Source: a virus | Length of the DNA: 64,000 bases | Virus record (IMG/VR): IMGVR_UViG_3300011116_000796 | Location: 55,655 to 119,654 of that record | Strand: one strand, 5' to 3' | Part shown: piece after piece, positions 19,337 to 28,567 of the stretch | How the letters are laid out: each line of letters starts with the position of its first letter | How positions within the stretch are numbered: the first letter of the stretch is position 1 | Position numbers and translations under genes: made by a program | The notes under the pieces: model-generated | The model's database searches: none | Told to the model about the DNA's origin: nothing | What the model saw: only the letters and a program-made list of their open reading frames with translations

Positions 19337-21673
19337 ATGAAAAAGCAGTCCATCAATAGAGAGATAGATCAGAATACAGATTTCGGTTTTACATACTATC
19401 CTTTAGATAAGGATGGTAACAAATTATCATCTAATGAAATTGCACTTCAAAATGTGACTGCTTATTGTTCTGTCAAGAAGTATCCAAGTTCTAGTACTTC
19501 TATCAATCTACAAACTTCGATTGGTTCTGACAATCAATCTCACATATTTGTGAAAGTCTATGCTGCTGCATCGCAAACTGTAACTTTCAAAGAAGGAACA
19601 TGGTTTTATGATGTCATCGTAGATATTGGTGATCCATATACTCGCAGTAAAGTTCTTGAAGGGCTGATTTTTGTGTATCCATCAGTTTCTAACACAAACA
19701 GTTTTATTTCTGCTGTGCAAAATGATTTTGCGGCAGTTTTAAACTCAGGAAACAGAATTGATATCAGCACTTATACAAGACTTATTCGATCACCATTTCA
19801 ATCCGGTTATTTTTCACCTGAAGCAAGATCGACTGATAGTGCTGAGTATGATGATGAATCGCAACGAAAAATGCAGAGATGTTGCGATATTCAAAACTAT
19901 TGGATGAATTTTATTAAAAGTTGGAGTCCAGAAAAATGGGTTAATGATGGCAATGATAATCTATCTATTACTGAAAAATTTTTAGAGGCTCTGCGAATCA
20001 AGTACACAATAGATCGATATCTAAAAAGGTTGTTGGAGTATCAGGTTAGAAGATATAATGAACGACCCATTTTAATTCCATTACCGGCTTGGTTGAAGGA
20101 TGATTGGCCGTTGAGATTACCGCAATTTCCTCCAGTTGGTCCATCATATTGGCCCGATGAATTAATACCATTTAAGCCTGTGCCATACATCCCTTCGCTT
20201 GAGGATGGGCCAGGAGCAGATGACCTTCGTCCCCTATCGTGGTATTGGCCTTGGCAAGATGCATTCAATCCCAACCAACCGAGCATACTAGATATTTTTC
20301 CTGGCGGTATTCCAAAATTGATCCTGGAGGATTTGCTCATACTAAAATTGACCTGTCAGAAGGATCTTAGCAAATTTTGGGATTTAATGCTGAGGGATGA
20401 TTGTACGTGTACAGAAAATGAATATATTGAAGGATCATATGTGTCACCGGCACCATGTAAATATGAATTCCAAAGACTAATTGATACCTTAACTGATCCC
20501 TCTTTTAATGCGAACTCATTTGATCCAGAAGAAACAGATTGCTGTACAAGTTTTGGATTCATGGCACCAATATTTTCTTTACTGAACTGCCTAATAACAA
20601 GAGCAAATGGGGTTCCATGTCTTTTTGGTTGCGACGAAGAGAGAGGTTTATCCCCTGGGCAGAGTATTGATCCTGGTGGATTTTGGTGGGATGACTCATA
20701 TGAATGTACTACTGATCTTGGTAAATTCTTAAATGCGCTTCGTAGAGATATTTTAGTTGGTTGGTTGTATTGCCAGTTTGAATGTGCCAAGCGTGGGTAT
20801 GGTGATGCGGGTGGTCCTTGTGGTTGCCTTCCGAAATGCGATATTTTACCACCTGATCCTAACGATCCCGATCCGCCAAATCTAAGAGATATTGAAGATA
20901 TAATAGATCCCCCGCAAGACCGTCCAGGAACTCAGCCAGAATCTTGGCATGAAATATACCGTAATTGCCCTGGCCTGTTAAGAAACCCATATGGTGGTGT
21001 CCCATATGGAGATGGAGAGAATCCATATCCTCCTGGAGAACTTCCAGTTTATCCTGAGGAGGGCTTTCCCAGTTGGAACCCTCTTAATCGAGAATTTCGA
21101 AAACCAATTGAAGAGTTTAACTCGTTGTGTGGTTCCTATTTTAGTTCACCATCAATAACATTTGAAACTAAGATGTGCTGTGACTGTGTGCGAGATTTGA
21201 TTCCAACATGCGCAGATCCTGTTCCTCCGGCGGGCGGTTGGCCTGAGGGTTATCAACCAGAACCATGCACACCAAGTTGGGATGATCCTATTGCTGCACT
21301 TTGCGTGTCCGTTTTGAATTTGCTTACCGCTGACATTAGCGGATTTACAATTGACCCCGATACAGCAATTCCCGGAGGCACACCAATAAATTTAGACCTA
21401 CTGAATAAGAGTTGTGGATCTGGACCTACCATTCCACCTAAACCCCCCCGTGATGTTGGTGAACCCGAAAGCGAAGGTATAACTCCATCCGCACTAAGAC
21501 AAAAATGTAAAGACTTGTCTGCAACATATTTGATGGAAGTATTGTCTTGGATTCAATGTATATTGGATTACCTAGAAAGGAATCATCCAAACCAACATGA
21601 CGATAAGAAGAAGAAACTAGAAGATTTAATTCGCAAAATCCAAATTTGCATGGTTTCTTGCACAAATTCATGA
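19337..21673 (+). CDS. Cys/Pro-rich protein with N-terminal conserved virion-attachment (BppU-like) domain
   Basis: First ~118 aa match the small T4-like structural domain (EIDQ.TDF...KKYPSSS...EG.WFYDV...KVLEG.I.V.P.VS); the rest is very Cys/Pro/Trp-rich; ATAAATA box at 19242. Confidence 0.75.
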   Translation: MKKQSINREIDQNTDFGFTYYPLDKDGNKLSSNEIALQNVTAYCSVKKYPSSSTSINLQTSIGSDNQSHIFVKVYAAASQTVTFKEGTWFYDVIVDIGDPYTRSKVLEGLIFVYPSVSNTNSFISAVQNDFAAVLNSGNRIDISTYTRLIRSPFQSGYFSPEARSTDSAEYDDESQRKMQRCCDIQNYWMNFIKSWSPEKWVNDGNDNLSITEKFLEALRIKYTIDRYLKRLLEYQVRRYNERPILIPLPAWLKDDWPLRLPQFPPVGPSYWPDELIPFKPVPYIPSLEDGPGADDLRPLSWYWPWQDAFNPNQPSILDIFPGGIPKLILEDLLILKLTCQKDLSKFWDLMLRDDCTCTENEYIEGSYVSPAPCKYEFQRLIDTLTDPSFNANSFDPEETDCCTSFGFMAPIFSLLNCLITRANGVPCLFGCDEERGLSPGQSIDPGGFWWDDSYECTTDLGKFLNALRRDILVGWLYCQFECAKRGYGDAGGPCGCLPKCDILPPDPNDPDPPNLRDIEDIIDPPQDRPGTQPESWHEIYRNCPGLLRNPYGGVPYGDGENPYPPGELPVYPEEGFPSWNPLNREFRKPIEEFNSLCGSYFSSPSITFETKMCCDCVRDLIPTCADPVPPAGGWPEGYQPEPCTPSWDDPIAALCVSVLNLLTADISGFTIDPDTAIPGGTPINLDLLNKSCGSGPTIPPKPPRDVGEPESEGITPSALRQKCKDLSATYLMEVLSWIQCILDYLERNHPNQHDDKKKKLEDLIRKIQICMVSCTNS

Positions 21674-21692
21674 ACAACAATATCATGATCCA

Positions 21693-21699
21693 CTAAATA
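21693..21699 (+). promoter_or_regulatory. Late promoter before glycosyltransferase
   Basis: CTAAATA in intergenic gap. Confidence 0.75.
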
Positions 21700-21735
21700 T
21701 CAGAGGCTAACGCAACTAATTCAACATGGAGATTA

Positions 21736-22941
21736 ATGATGGAAAGTGCAACTATTGATGCTGTGAATGTGAACGATTCAACGAGTGAATTACCTCAGAG
21801 CACAAAGACCAATACAGTAACATTGTGCATGATTGTCAAAGATGAAGCACATGTCATCGAAAGATGCCTTTCTTCAGTTGTGCCTGTGATTGACTATTGG
21901 GTTATTGTGGACACGGGATCAACTGACGGCACACAGGAGAAGATCAAAGACTTCTTCGACAGAAATAATATTCCTGGTGAACTACACGAAGTTCCTTGGG
22001 TAGATTTCGGAACAAATCGAAGCAAAGCACTAGAACTCGCTCAGAAGACCGGATACGACTATTCATTAATGATCGATGCAGATGAGATTCTTGTTTTCGA
22101 TCCTGGATTTGATCCCGATCAGTTCAAGAATTCGCTAACCGCAGATCTCTATAATGTTTTTGCGATCTACGGTCAAACAAAGTACCACCGTCCTCAACTT
22201 ACAAGTAATCACAAACGATTCTATTATCGTGGAGTTCTCCATGAGTATGTCGATTGCCATGAGGAAATTGGAGCAAGAGATTTTGCCCGTGGATTTGTTA
22301 ACACGCCAATCCAAGATGGCAATCGATCTAAGTCTGCTGATAAGTATGCGAAAGATGCTCTTGTGTTTGAAGAGGCACTTGCATCGGGTAAAGTTGAAGA
22401 GAAAGACTTCAATAGATATCACTTCTATCTTGCACAGTCATATCGTGACTCGCAGCAATGGGAAAAGTCACTTTCGGCTTATCTGAAGAGAGCAGAACTT
22501 GGTGGGTGGAATGAAGAAGTTTTCTATTCTTACTATCAAGCAGGAAGAATTATGGAGGTTCTCAAGAAGGAATTTGATGAGATCATCCGCATGTACTTCC
22601 AAGCCTATCAAGCGGCTCCTTGGAGAGCAGAGAGTCTTTGGGCTGCTGCAAGACTTTGTCGAAACTACTGCCGATGGGATCAGGCTTATCGCTTTGCAAA
22701 GCAGGCACTAAAGATCAGATATCCTGAGGGTGCTCTGTTCGTAGGTCAGACGATTTATGATTGGGCAATTCTTGATGAGTTTGCAATTTCGTCATATTGG
22801 ACTGAGAATTATCGTGAATCTCGTCTTGCATCCATTCAGTTGCTGAATGACAACAAATTCCCCGCTGATCAGAAAGAGAGAATTGAGGCAAATCTCAAGT
22901 TTGCTACCGAATCTCTGCTGAATGAACAGCAGGCCAAGTAA
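21736..22941 (+). CDS. Family-2 glycosyltransferase with C-terminal TPR repeats
   Basis: TLCMIVKDE..VIERCL.S, VIVDTGSTDGT, DADE (DxD), GVLHE; TPR-like helices (FYLAQSYRD, FYSYYQAG); SD GGAG and CTAAATA box upstream. Confidence 0.92.
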   Translation: MMESATIDAVNVNDSTSELPQSTKTNTVTLCMIVKDEAHVIERCLSSVVPVIDYWVIVDTGSTDGTQEKIKDFFDRNNIPGELHEVPWVDFGTNRSKALELAQKTGYDYSLMIDADEILVFDPGFDPDQFKNSLTADLYNVFAIYGQTKYHRPQLTSNHKRFYYRGVLHEYVDCHEEIGARDFARGFVNTPIQDGNRSKSADKYAKDALVFEEALASGKVEEKDFNRYHFYLAQSYRDSQQWEKSLSAYLKRAELGGWNEEVFYSYYQAGRIMEVLKKEFDEIIRMYFQAYQAAPWRAESLWAAARLCRNYCRWDQAYRFAKQALKIRYPEGALFVGQTIYDWAILDEFAISSYWTENYRESRLASIQLLNDNKFPADQKERIEANLKFATESLLNEQQAK

Positions 22942-22967
22942 GTAAAGTGGTTAGGTGTATTTGTTGT

Positions 22968-22974
22968 CTAAATA
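22968..22974 (+). promoter_or_regulatory. Late promoter before collagen fibre gene
   Basis: CTAAATA in intergenic gap. Confidence 0.75.
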
Positions 22975-22998
22975 GTCGAGTAACAAAGGACTAATTAG

Positions 22999-25900
22999 AT
23001 GGCATATAGCGCACTAACTATTCGCAGCGGCGGCGGTGCTGGTGACGGTCGCTCAATTCGTAACACTATCTCTCAAACGGCACACGGGTTTCAGCCTGGA
23101 ATGGTCGTTCGTAGAGATAGTGCTACGGGTGTTTTTGTAAGAGCAACATCACAGTCTCTGTCAGGATCCAATACGGTTGGTATTGTCGAAAGTGTTACTC
23201 CAAACACATTCGTGGTTGTTTATCAAGGTGAGATGGACTTTGGATCTTCGGTTGTAGCCGTTGACGATGGCAATTCTGGATTAACAAATGGGTATGTTTA
23301 TTATCTTTCTGCATCAGATTCTTTAACTGGTTATATCAGTCCTGATGCACCATCCGATCAGACAGTAATTTACCACCCTCTCTTTGTGGCTACCGCTGAA
23401 AAGAAGGGAATAGTTATAAACAGCCTTCCGAGGCCAGCACAAGGATCGACGTTATTCAGCCCTGTCGGTACAGTAGTTCCTTATTGTGGTGCTGCTGATA
23501 GTGTTCCGCAAAATTGGTATCTTTGTGTTGGTGATTCGATCTCAAAGGAGAACCACCCTGCCCTATATGCGAGATTGGGTGACGCATTCAGAATTAATGG
23601 GTTAGAGAAAAATGTTCAAGATGTTGGATTATCTGCTGGAGCAAACTTAACACTAATATTTCCAGGATCATTGACTAACGCTCCCGCCTCTGGCGTAGGA
23701 AGTAGTAATATTCATAGTCTACTTGCCAACTCATATTACAAACTTCTTTGGAATGATGATACTGAAGTTGCTGTTGTTTATGTTGCGGGAGTTAATGCTG
23801 CAAGTAAAGAGGCAACTTTTAGATTTGTTTGCGATCACCCATATCAAAATACTGTTCCTCATGCAGATTTTTTCAGTGGTGTCTCGGGTGGTGTGGCATC
23901 TATCTTTACAGTTCAATCTCTTGCACACGGAGAAGTCAGTGGTGTAACTAGTGATTATTTCTTCTTGCCAGATTTACGAGCGAGAACTGTTTTTGGAGTT
24001 GGTTCAAGTACAGGTTTGACATCGACTGGATATGATAGAGGAGATTTTGCGGGATCTCAATCACACTTGCTGACCGTAAATGAACTCCCACAACACAGCC
24101 ACAATATTAAGGTCAGAGAGTCTGGAAGTCCAGGAAGTGGTTCTTATTATTTGAATCCTGGACAATCTCCAGCACAAGGTTCAAGTTTCTATACAAACCA
24201 AGCAGTCACAGAAAATGCAGGAAATAACGAATCATTCCAATTGATGAATCCATATGTTTCATGTAATTGGATTGTTCGATGGAAAAATGCAGAGGGTGTG
24301 TTAATAGATGAGTGTTTGCCGGGACCAATTGGTCCAACAGGACCAAGGGGTGAAACGGGAAATCAAGGAACTACGGGAACTCCTGGTTCGGCGGGTGGAG
24401 TGGGTCCGGCTGGTCCCGCTGGTCCGGAGGGTCCACAGGGTCCACAGGGTGAAGATGGTCCACGGGGTAAAAATTGCACATGTGTATCGGCGTTTCAATC
24501 TGAGGAGACAAATGTCTTCGTTGGCGAAGAAACAATCTACGATGGCAGTGTTGCGCCAACGACTTGGGTTACAAATGATTACCTGTCCACAAGATTGACT
24601 CAACCAACTGATTTTTCGTATTTCAAATCTGTGGTTAGAAATAACAATACTCTGTTTGCTAATTTCTTGAACGACGTTGCTCATATCAATGAGTTCAATC
24701 CAAAAGAACCAACCTATTTCGGAGAGTTGAGAACTGATTACAGATCTTCTTTCTTACAGCCATCGGAACTCAAAACAAGAGACATTAAAGAGACCTACAC
24801 TCTATTTGTATCCGAGAAGCAATACTCTCTTGATGAACAAACAAATTTCATCTTCTCTCCAGGAGAATATGTTCTAGATAGAGCATTTTCAATCAGAGGA
24901 AACAAAAAGATTGCTATAGGTGGTGCAAATGGATCGGTGCAGAATGTACCAATATCAACTATTCAAGTTTTGCCAGCATATGATTCAGGTGCAACTGCAT
25001 CGAATAGATTCTTGCTTAAGTGTCTTGGAAGTGAAACTGGATATACTGAACCAATAGTTAAAACTGGAAATTTTGCTGGAATAGGTTCAGAGCAACTGGC
25101 ATTTACAAATACTGTTCCTCTTGGTTATTCTGGAAACAATCCTTCTGTTGGTGGACACTCCGGAGCATCTGGAGGAACATTTGGATTCCTGACATCCATG
25201 ATTGGTGTGTATCCTTGCATTTCAAATGGCTGGTCCGGTCCTGCGAGTTTCATTCTTGAAATTCCGAATGTTGAAATTACGGCTACGGCAGGAGTTCCAA
25301 TCGGTATTCCCTACGGTGCAACATTCTCAGGATCATCAGTTGGATTGTCTGCCATGACAATCTACACAACCATATTCAGAGTTAGAAATCCAAACGGATT
25401 CATTGTTGCCGATCAGGGAACACAAGTGCATATCGGAGGCGGGGCCAGAGCATACGACTTGAATCCAATTGTGATTGTCATGGATATGAGTGGTTCAAGT
25501 GGCACAACTACATCAGCGGAGCCTAGAAGGTCAAGTAACTGTGTGGGTGTGCAATCCATGGGCGATGTTTATATGTACAATAGTGCAATATATGGATTCC
25601 CTTGCGGAATTCATAGTTATGGGGGAAGAGTAGTTGTTGATGGCGGAATTTTCGGCGCAAACTACAATGCTATTGCTGCTGATAATTCTAAAGTCAAAAT
25701 CAAAGGCGCAAAAATCAATCGAAATGAATTTGGTGTTAGTCTCGTTAATTCTGATGCGGAAGTAAAGGGGAAGACTGTTCTTGCTAGAAACGGCTACGCA
25801 TTTGTTTCAAATGGATCAAGAATCAGAATTGATGATCTATCAGATACAGCGGCTATCGTTCGTGGTAGTCCATCGTTAGTTGCTCTCAACTCTCCCTCTG

Positions 25901-26271
25901 TCGTTGTTGGGTCTTTGGTTAGCGATCACCCAATAAGATTTATGGGTGGATCATATATTCCAATTGGAGCATCGGCTTCTGTGGACACACTACCATCCAA
26001 TAATTATTCAATTTTCGCAATTAACAGTAATGTGACATTGACAGATTCGAATATGAACAGTAAGGGGGATATTCCAATCATTGGTCTTGCTGCAACGAAT
26101 GTTTCAGTTGTCAGCAGAGATATCAATACGAGCGGAATTGATATTGCTCTGAAGAGGTCTGCAATTTATAAAGATAGTGATGTTACATTCAAGAATCCAA
26201 AACAAACAAAGACCCCGCAATTGTCGATAGTAGAACTAGAAGATTACACTCCGACGCTACCACCAATTTGA
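22999..26271 (+). CDS. Tail fibre/receptor-binding protein: collar domain, collagen segment, C-terminal beta-helix
   Basis: SPVGTVVPYCG...PQNWYLCVG, FFLPDLRAR, ELPQHSH collar motifs; 17 Gly-X-Y triplets; C-terminal parallel beta-helix-like repeats. Confidence 0.85.
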   Translation: MAYSALTIRSGGGAGDGRSIRNTISQTAHGFQPGMVVRRDSATGVFVRATSQSLSGSNTVGIVESVTPNTFVVVYQGEMDFGSSVVAVDDGNSGLTNGYVYYLSASDSLTGYISPDAPSDQTVIYHPLFVATAEKKGIVINSLPRPAQGSTLFSPVGTVVPYCGAADSVPQNWYLCVGDSISKENHPALYARLGDAFRINGLEKNVQDVGLSAGANLTLIFPGSLTNAPASGVGSSNIHSLLANSYYKLLWNDDTEVAVVYVAGVNAASKEATFRFVCDHPYQNTVPHADFFSGVSGGVASIFTVQSLAHGEVSGVTSDYFFLPDLRARTVFGVGSSTGLTSTGYDRGDFAGSQSHLLTVNELPQHSHNIKVRESGSPGSGSYYLNPGQSPAQGSSFYTNQAVTENAGNNESFQLMNPYVSCNWIVRWKNAEGVLIDECLPGPIGPTGPRGETGNQGTTGTPGSAGGVGPAGPAGPEGPQGPQGEDGPRGKNCTCVSAFQSEETNVFVGEETIYDGSVAPTTWVTNDYLSTRLTQPTDFSYFKSVVRNNNTLFANFLNDVAHINEFNPKEPTYFGELRTDYRSSFLQPSELKTRDIKETYTLFVSEKQYSLDEQTNFIFSPGEYVLDRAFSIRGNKKIAIGGANGSVQNVPISTIQVLPAYDSGATASNRFLLKCLGSETGYTEPIVKTGNFAGIGSEQLAFTNTVPLGYSGNNPSVGGHSGASGGTFGFLTSMIGVYPCISNGWSGPASFILEIPNVEITATAGVPIGIPYGATFSGSSVGLSAMTIYTTIFRVRNPNGFIVADQGTQVHIGGGARAYDLNPIVIVMDMSGSSGTTTSAEPRRSSNCVGVQSMGDVYMYNSAIYGFPCGIHSYGGRVVVDGGIFGANYNAIAADNSKVKIKGAKINRNEFGVSLVNSDAEVKGKTVLARNGYAFVSNGSRIRIDDLSDTAAIVRGSPSLVALNSPSVVVGSLVSDHPIRFMGGSYIPIGASASVDTLPSNNYSIFAINSNVTLTDSNMNSKGDIPIIGLAATNVSVVSRDINTSGIDIALKRSAIYKDSDVTFKNPKQTKTPQLSIVELEDYTPTLPPI
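24322..24474 (+). repeat. Collagen-like (Gly-X-Y)17 coding repeat
   Basis: GPI GPT GPR GET GNQ GTT GTP GSA GGV GPA GPA GPE GPQ GPQ GED GPR GKN. Confidence 0.95.
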
Positions 26272-26278
26272 AATTAAT

Positions 26279-26830
26279 ATGTCAACATTTAAACAAATAA
26301 AAAACACAGTTTATATTGATGACCTTGAGATCCCCATAGATGTCTTCAGGGTTCTTGAGCCTAATTACAATCCACAAAGTGGACTTGAAGTTTTAATTTA
26401 CGATGGGAATCAATTGACGGTTCGTACCAACGGTAAGACAACTACCATTAGTGGAGAATGGTCAGACGGGGACAGATACATCTCCAGACAGAAAGATTTC
26501 ATAGTTTTGATGTCATTGATCTCCAAAGAAGACTCTGAGATAAATCTTGAAGTCGATTCTATCAAGGATCCTGGTCTTTGTAGAGAAAACGAGTACCCGA
26601 ATATTTCTGAACTAGTTGTCGCTCTCTGGGAGCACTTTGTTGAACAAAAGAGTTATGATCAATCTGGAATATACGAACTTCAGCAGAAGAGGATTATGGT
26701 AAAGGATAAATACCCTATGAAGGAGAAGTCCAATGCCAGCGATAACCTCTCGGGAAAAACTGAAGGAGTACTGCCTAAGACTACTCGGCGCACCCGTAAT
26801 CGAAATAAATCTAGCAGAAGAACAGATTGA
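26279..26830 (+). CDS. Hypothetical protein, possibly tail-fibre assembly chaperone-like
   Basis: R..EYP.I.E..VALWE...R..VKDKYP motif is seen in fibre-adjacent small proteins; overlaps gp13 by 98 nt. Confidence 0.6.
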   Translation: MSTFKQIKNTVYIDDLEIPIDVFRVLEPNYNPQSGLEVLIYDGNQLTVRTNGKTTTISGEWSDGDRYISRQKDFIVLMSLISKEDSEINLEVDSIKDPGLCRENEYPNISELVVALWEHFVEQKSYDQSGIYELQQKRIMVKDKYPMKEKSNASDNLSGKTEGVLPKTTRRTRNRNKSSRRTD

Positions 26831-27566
26831 AGATCGTTTAGACGATGCTTTGCGGTTCTTCTCTGAGTATCACTTTGATGGTGTTGAAAAAGTTTACTTA
26901 AAGTACCAAGTTCAGCCAATCGATATTCAGCGTGGCTACATTGAGATGAAAGCCACAAATCGTAAATCTCTTGGGGGTGGGTTTTCTGACCAAGATGCAA
27001 TCCACACGGGAAGCACTGATACAACTGACGATGATGTATTACTTGAGAATCTAGTCACAAGTGTGACCAGAATTTTTCCGTTTACTCAACAATCAGTTGG
27101 AATGTTTGATATCAGATATCAGTATGCACTAAATGATCTATACACATTTGGAACAATAGATCTAGTTCAATATGATCTAACGCAACAGTATCTGACAATG
27201 CTTAGACAGTATTTGTCTCCTGAGAAGAGTGTTAGATTCAGTAGAGTTCAGAATAGACTTTACATTGACATGAATTGGTCACAGAACGTGACTGCTGGAA
27301 TGTACCTGATTATAGAGTGTTACAGGATTTTGGATCCTAGAATCTACCCCGAAATATATGAAGACAGATTGCTAAAGAAATATGCAACTGCTCTTTTGAA
27401 AAAACAATGGGGAGTCAATCTCAGTAAGTATAGTGGAGTGAAATTACCTGGAGATATTACACTCAGAGGAACGGAGATTGTTCAAGAAGCAAATACGGAA
27501 ATAGAGAATCTTGAGAAAGATATCGTTTCTAAGTACGAACTACCAGCAGACTTTATGATGGGATAA
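26733..27566 (+). CDS. gp13: Neck protein gp13
   Basis: SRE.LKEYCLR.LGAPVIEIN....QIEDRLDDAL.FF.EYHFDG; KKQWGVNLSKY.GV.LPG. Confidence 0.95.
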   Translation: MPAITSREKLKEYCLRLLGAPVIEINLAEEQIEDRLDDALRFFSEYHFDGVEKVYLKYQVQPIDIQRGYIEMKATNRKSLGGGFSDQDAIHTGSTDTTDDDVLLENLVTSVTRIFPFTQQSVGMFDIRYQYALNDLYTFGTIDLVQYDLTQQYLTMLRQYLSPEKSVRFSRVQNRLYIDMNWSQNVTAGMYLIIECYRILDPRIYPEIYEDRLLKKYATALLKKQWGVNLSKYSGVKLPGDITLRGTEIVQEANTEIENLEKDIVSKYELPADFMMG

Positions 27567-27570
27567 GACA

Positions 27571-28467
27571 ATGGCATTAAATCCATACATTAGACTTCAC
27601 AATCATACCTACAAGCCAGAGCAGAATCTGGTTGAGGATCTGACCGTGGAAGCCATCAAGATTCATGGGTTGGAGATGTACTATATTCCAAGGGATTTGG
27701 TGGTTAGGGATGATCTTTTTGGTGAGTCTAGGTATTCAAGATTTAATTCATTCTCAATGATAGAGATGTACATGGATACCACTCAGGCATTTGAGGGGGG
27801 AGACACATTTACTAAGTTTGGTTTTGAGGTGAGAGATAGTGTCAAGTTTACAGTTTCCAAGAAGAGATTCATGAGAGAAACTGGCAAGAAAAGGCCATTA
27901 GAAGGAGACTTGCTTTTTCTTCCATTGAATCGTGGATTGTTTGAGATAAAGTTTGTTGAACACGAAAATCCGTTTTATCAACTAGGCAAATTGTTTTCGT
28001 ATCAACTCACATGTGAATTGTTCCAATATAGCGAAGAGGAATTTAATACTGGAATAGAGGAAATAGATGTAATTAATGAAGAGACAGGATACAAACTAGA
28101 CATAGGATTGGAGGCCACCTATGGAACGGGATCTTTCAGAAAAGGCGACTTCGTATATCAGTTCCAAGACGGTTCAGTTACGGGAGGAACTTCGGGAGAA
28201 ACTGCACGGGCGAAAATTCAATCAATCGACAGCAGATTCTCTCCGAAAATACTTTCTATTGCCGATGTTTCTGGTAAGTGGCTGTTTGGCCCAAGTGAAA
28301 GTCCACTATACCTAACGAAATTCGACAACTCCATATATGCACAAATATCCTCTTCCACAAGTAAAGAGAGACTTGGAATATTGGATATAGCGAACAACTC
28401 ACAAATTCAATCTGAAGCAAATACCATTCTGAATTTTGATGAAACTAATCCTTTTGATGACATGTGA
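27571..28467 (+). CDS. gp14: Neck protein gp14
   Basis: EQNLVEDL..EAIKIHG...YYIPR, KFGFEVRD, RPLEGDL, FEIKFVEHENPFYQLGK, CELFQYS, FDETNPF. Confidence 0.95.
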   Translation: MALNPYIRLHNHTYKPEQNLVEDLTVEAIKIHGLEMYYIPRDLVVRDDLFGESRYSRFNSFSMIEMYMDTTQAFEGGDTFTKFGFEVRDSVKFTVSKKRFMRETGKKRPLEGDLLFLPLNRGLFEIKFVEHENPFYQLGKLFSYQLTCELFQYSEEEFNTGIEEIDVINEETGYKLDIGLEATYGTGSFRKGDFVYQFQDGSVTGGTSGETARAKIQSIDSRFSPKILSIADVSGKWLFGPSESPLYLTKFDNSIYAQISSSTSKERLGILDIANNSQIQSEANTILNFDETNPFDDM

Positions 28468-28567
28468 TTTGAAAGATAAGTTACCTTACATTTCAATTTA
28501 TGATAGTGAATTCGGGATTTTAAGTATCATACATAACAGTATAACTCCAAGGTAAAAGGGGATTCGT

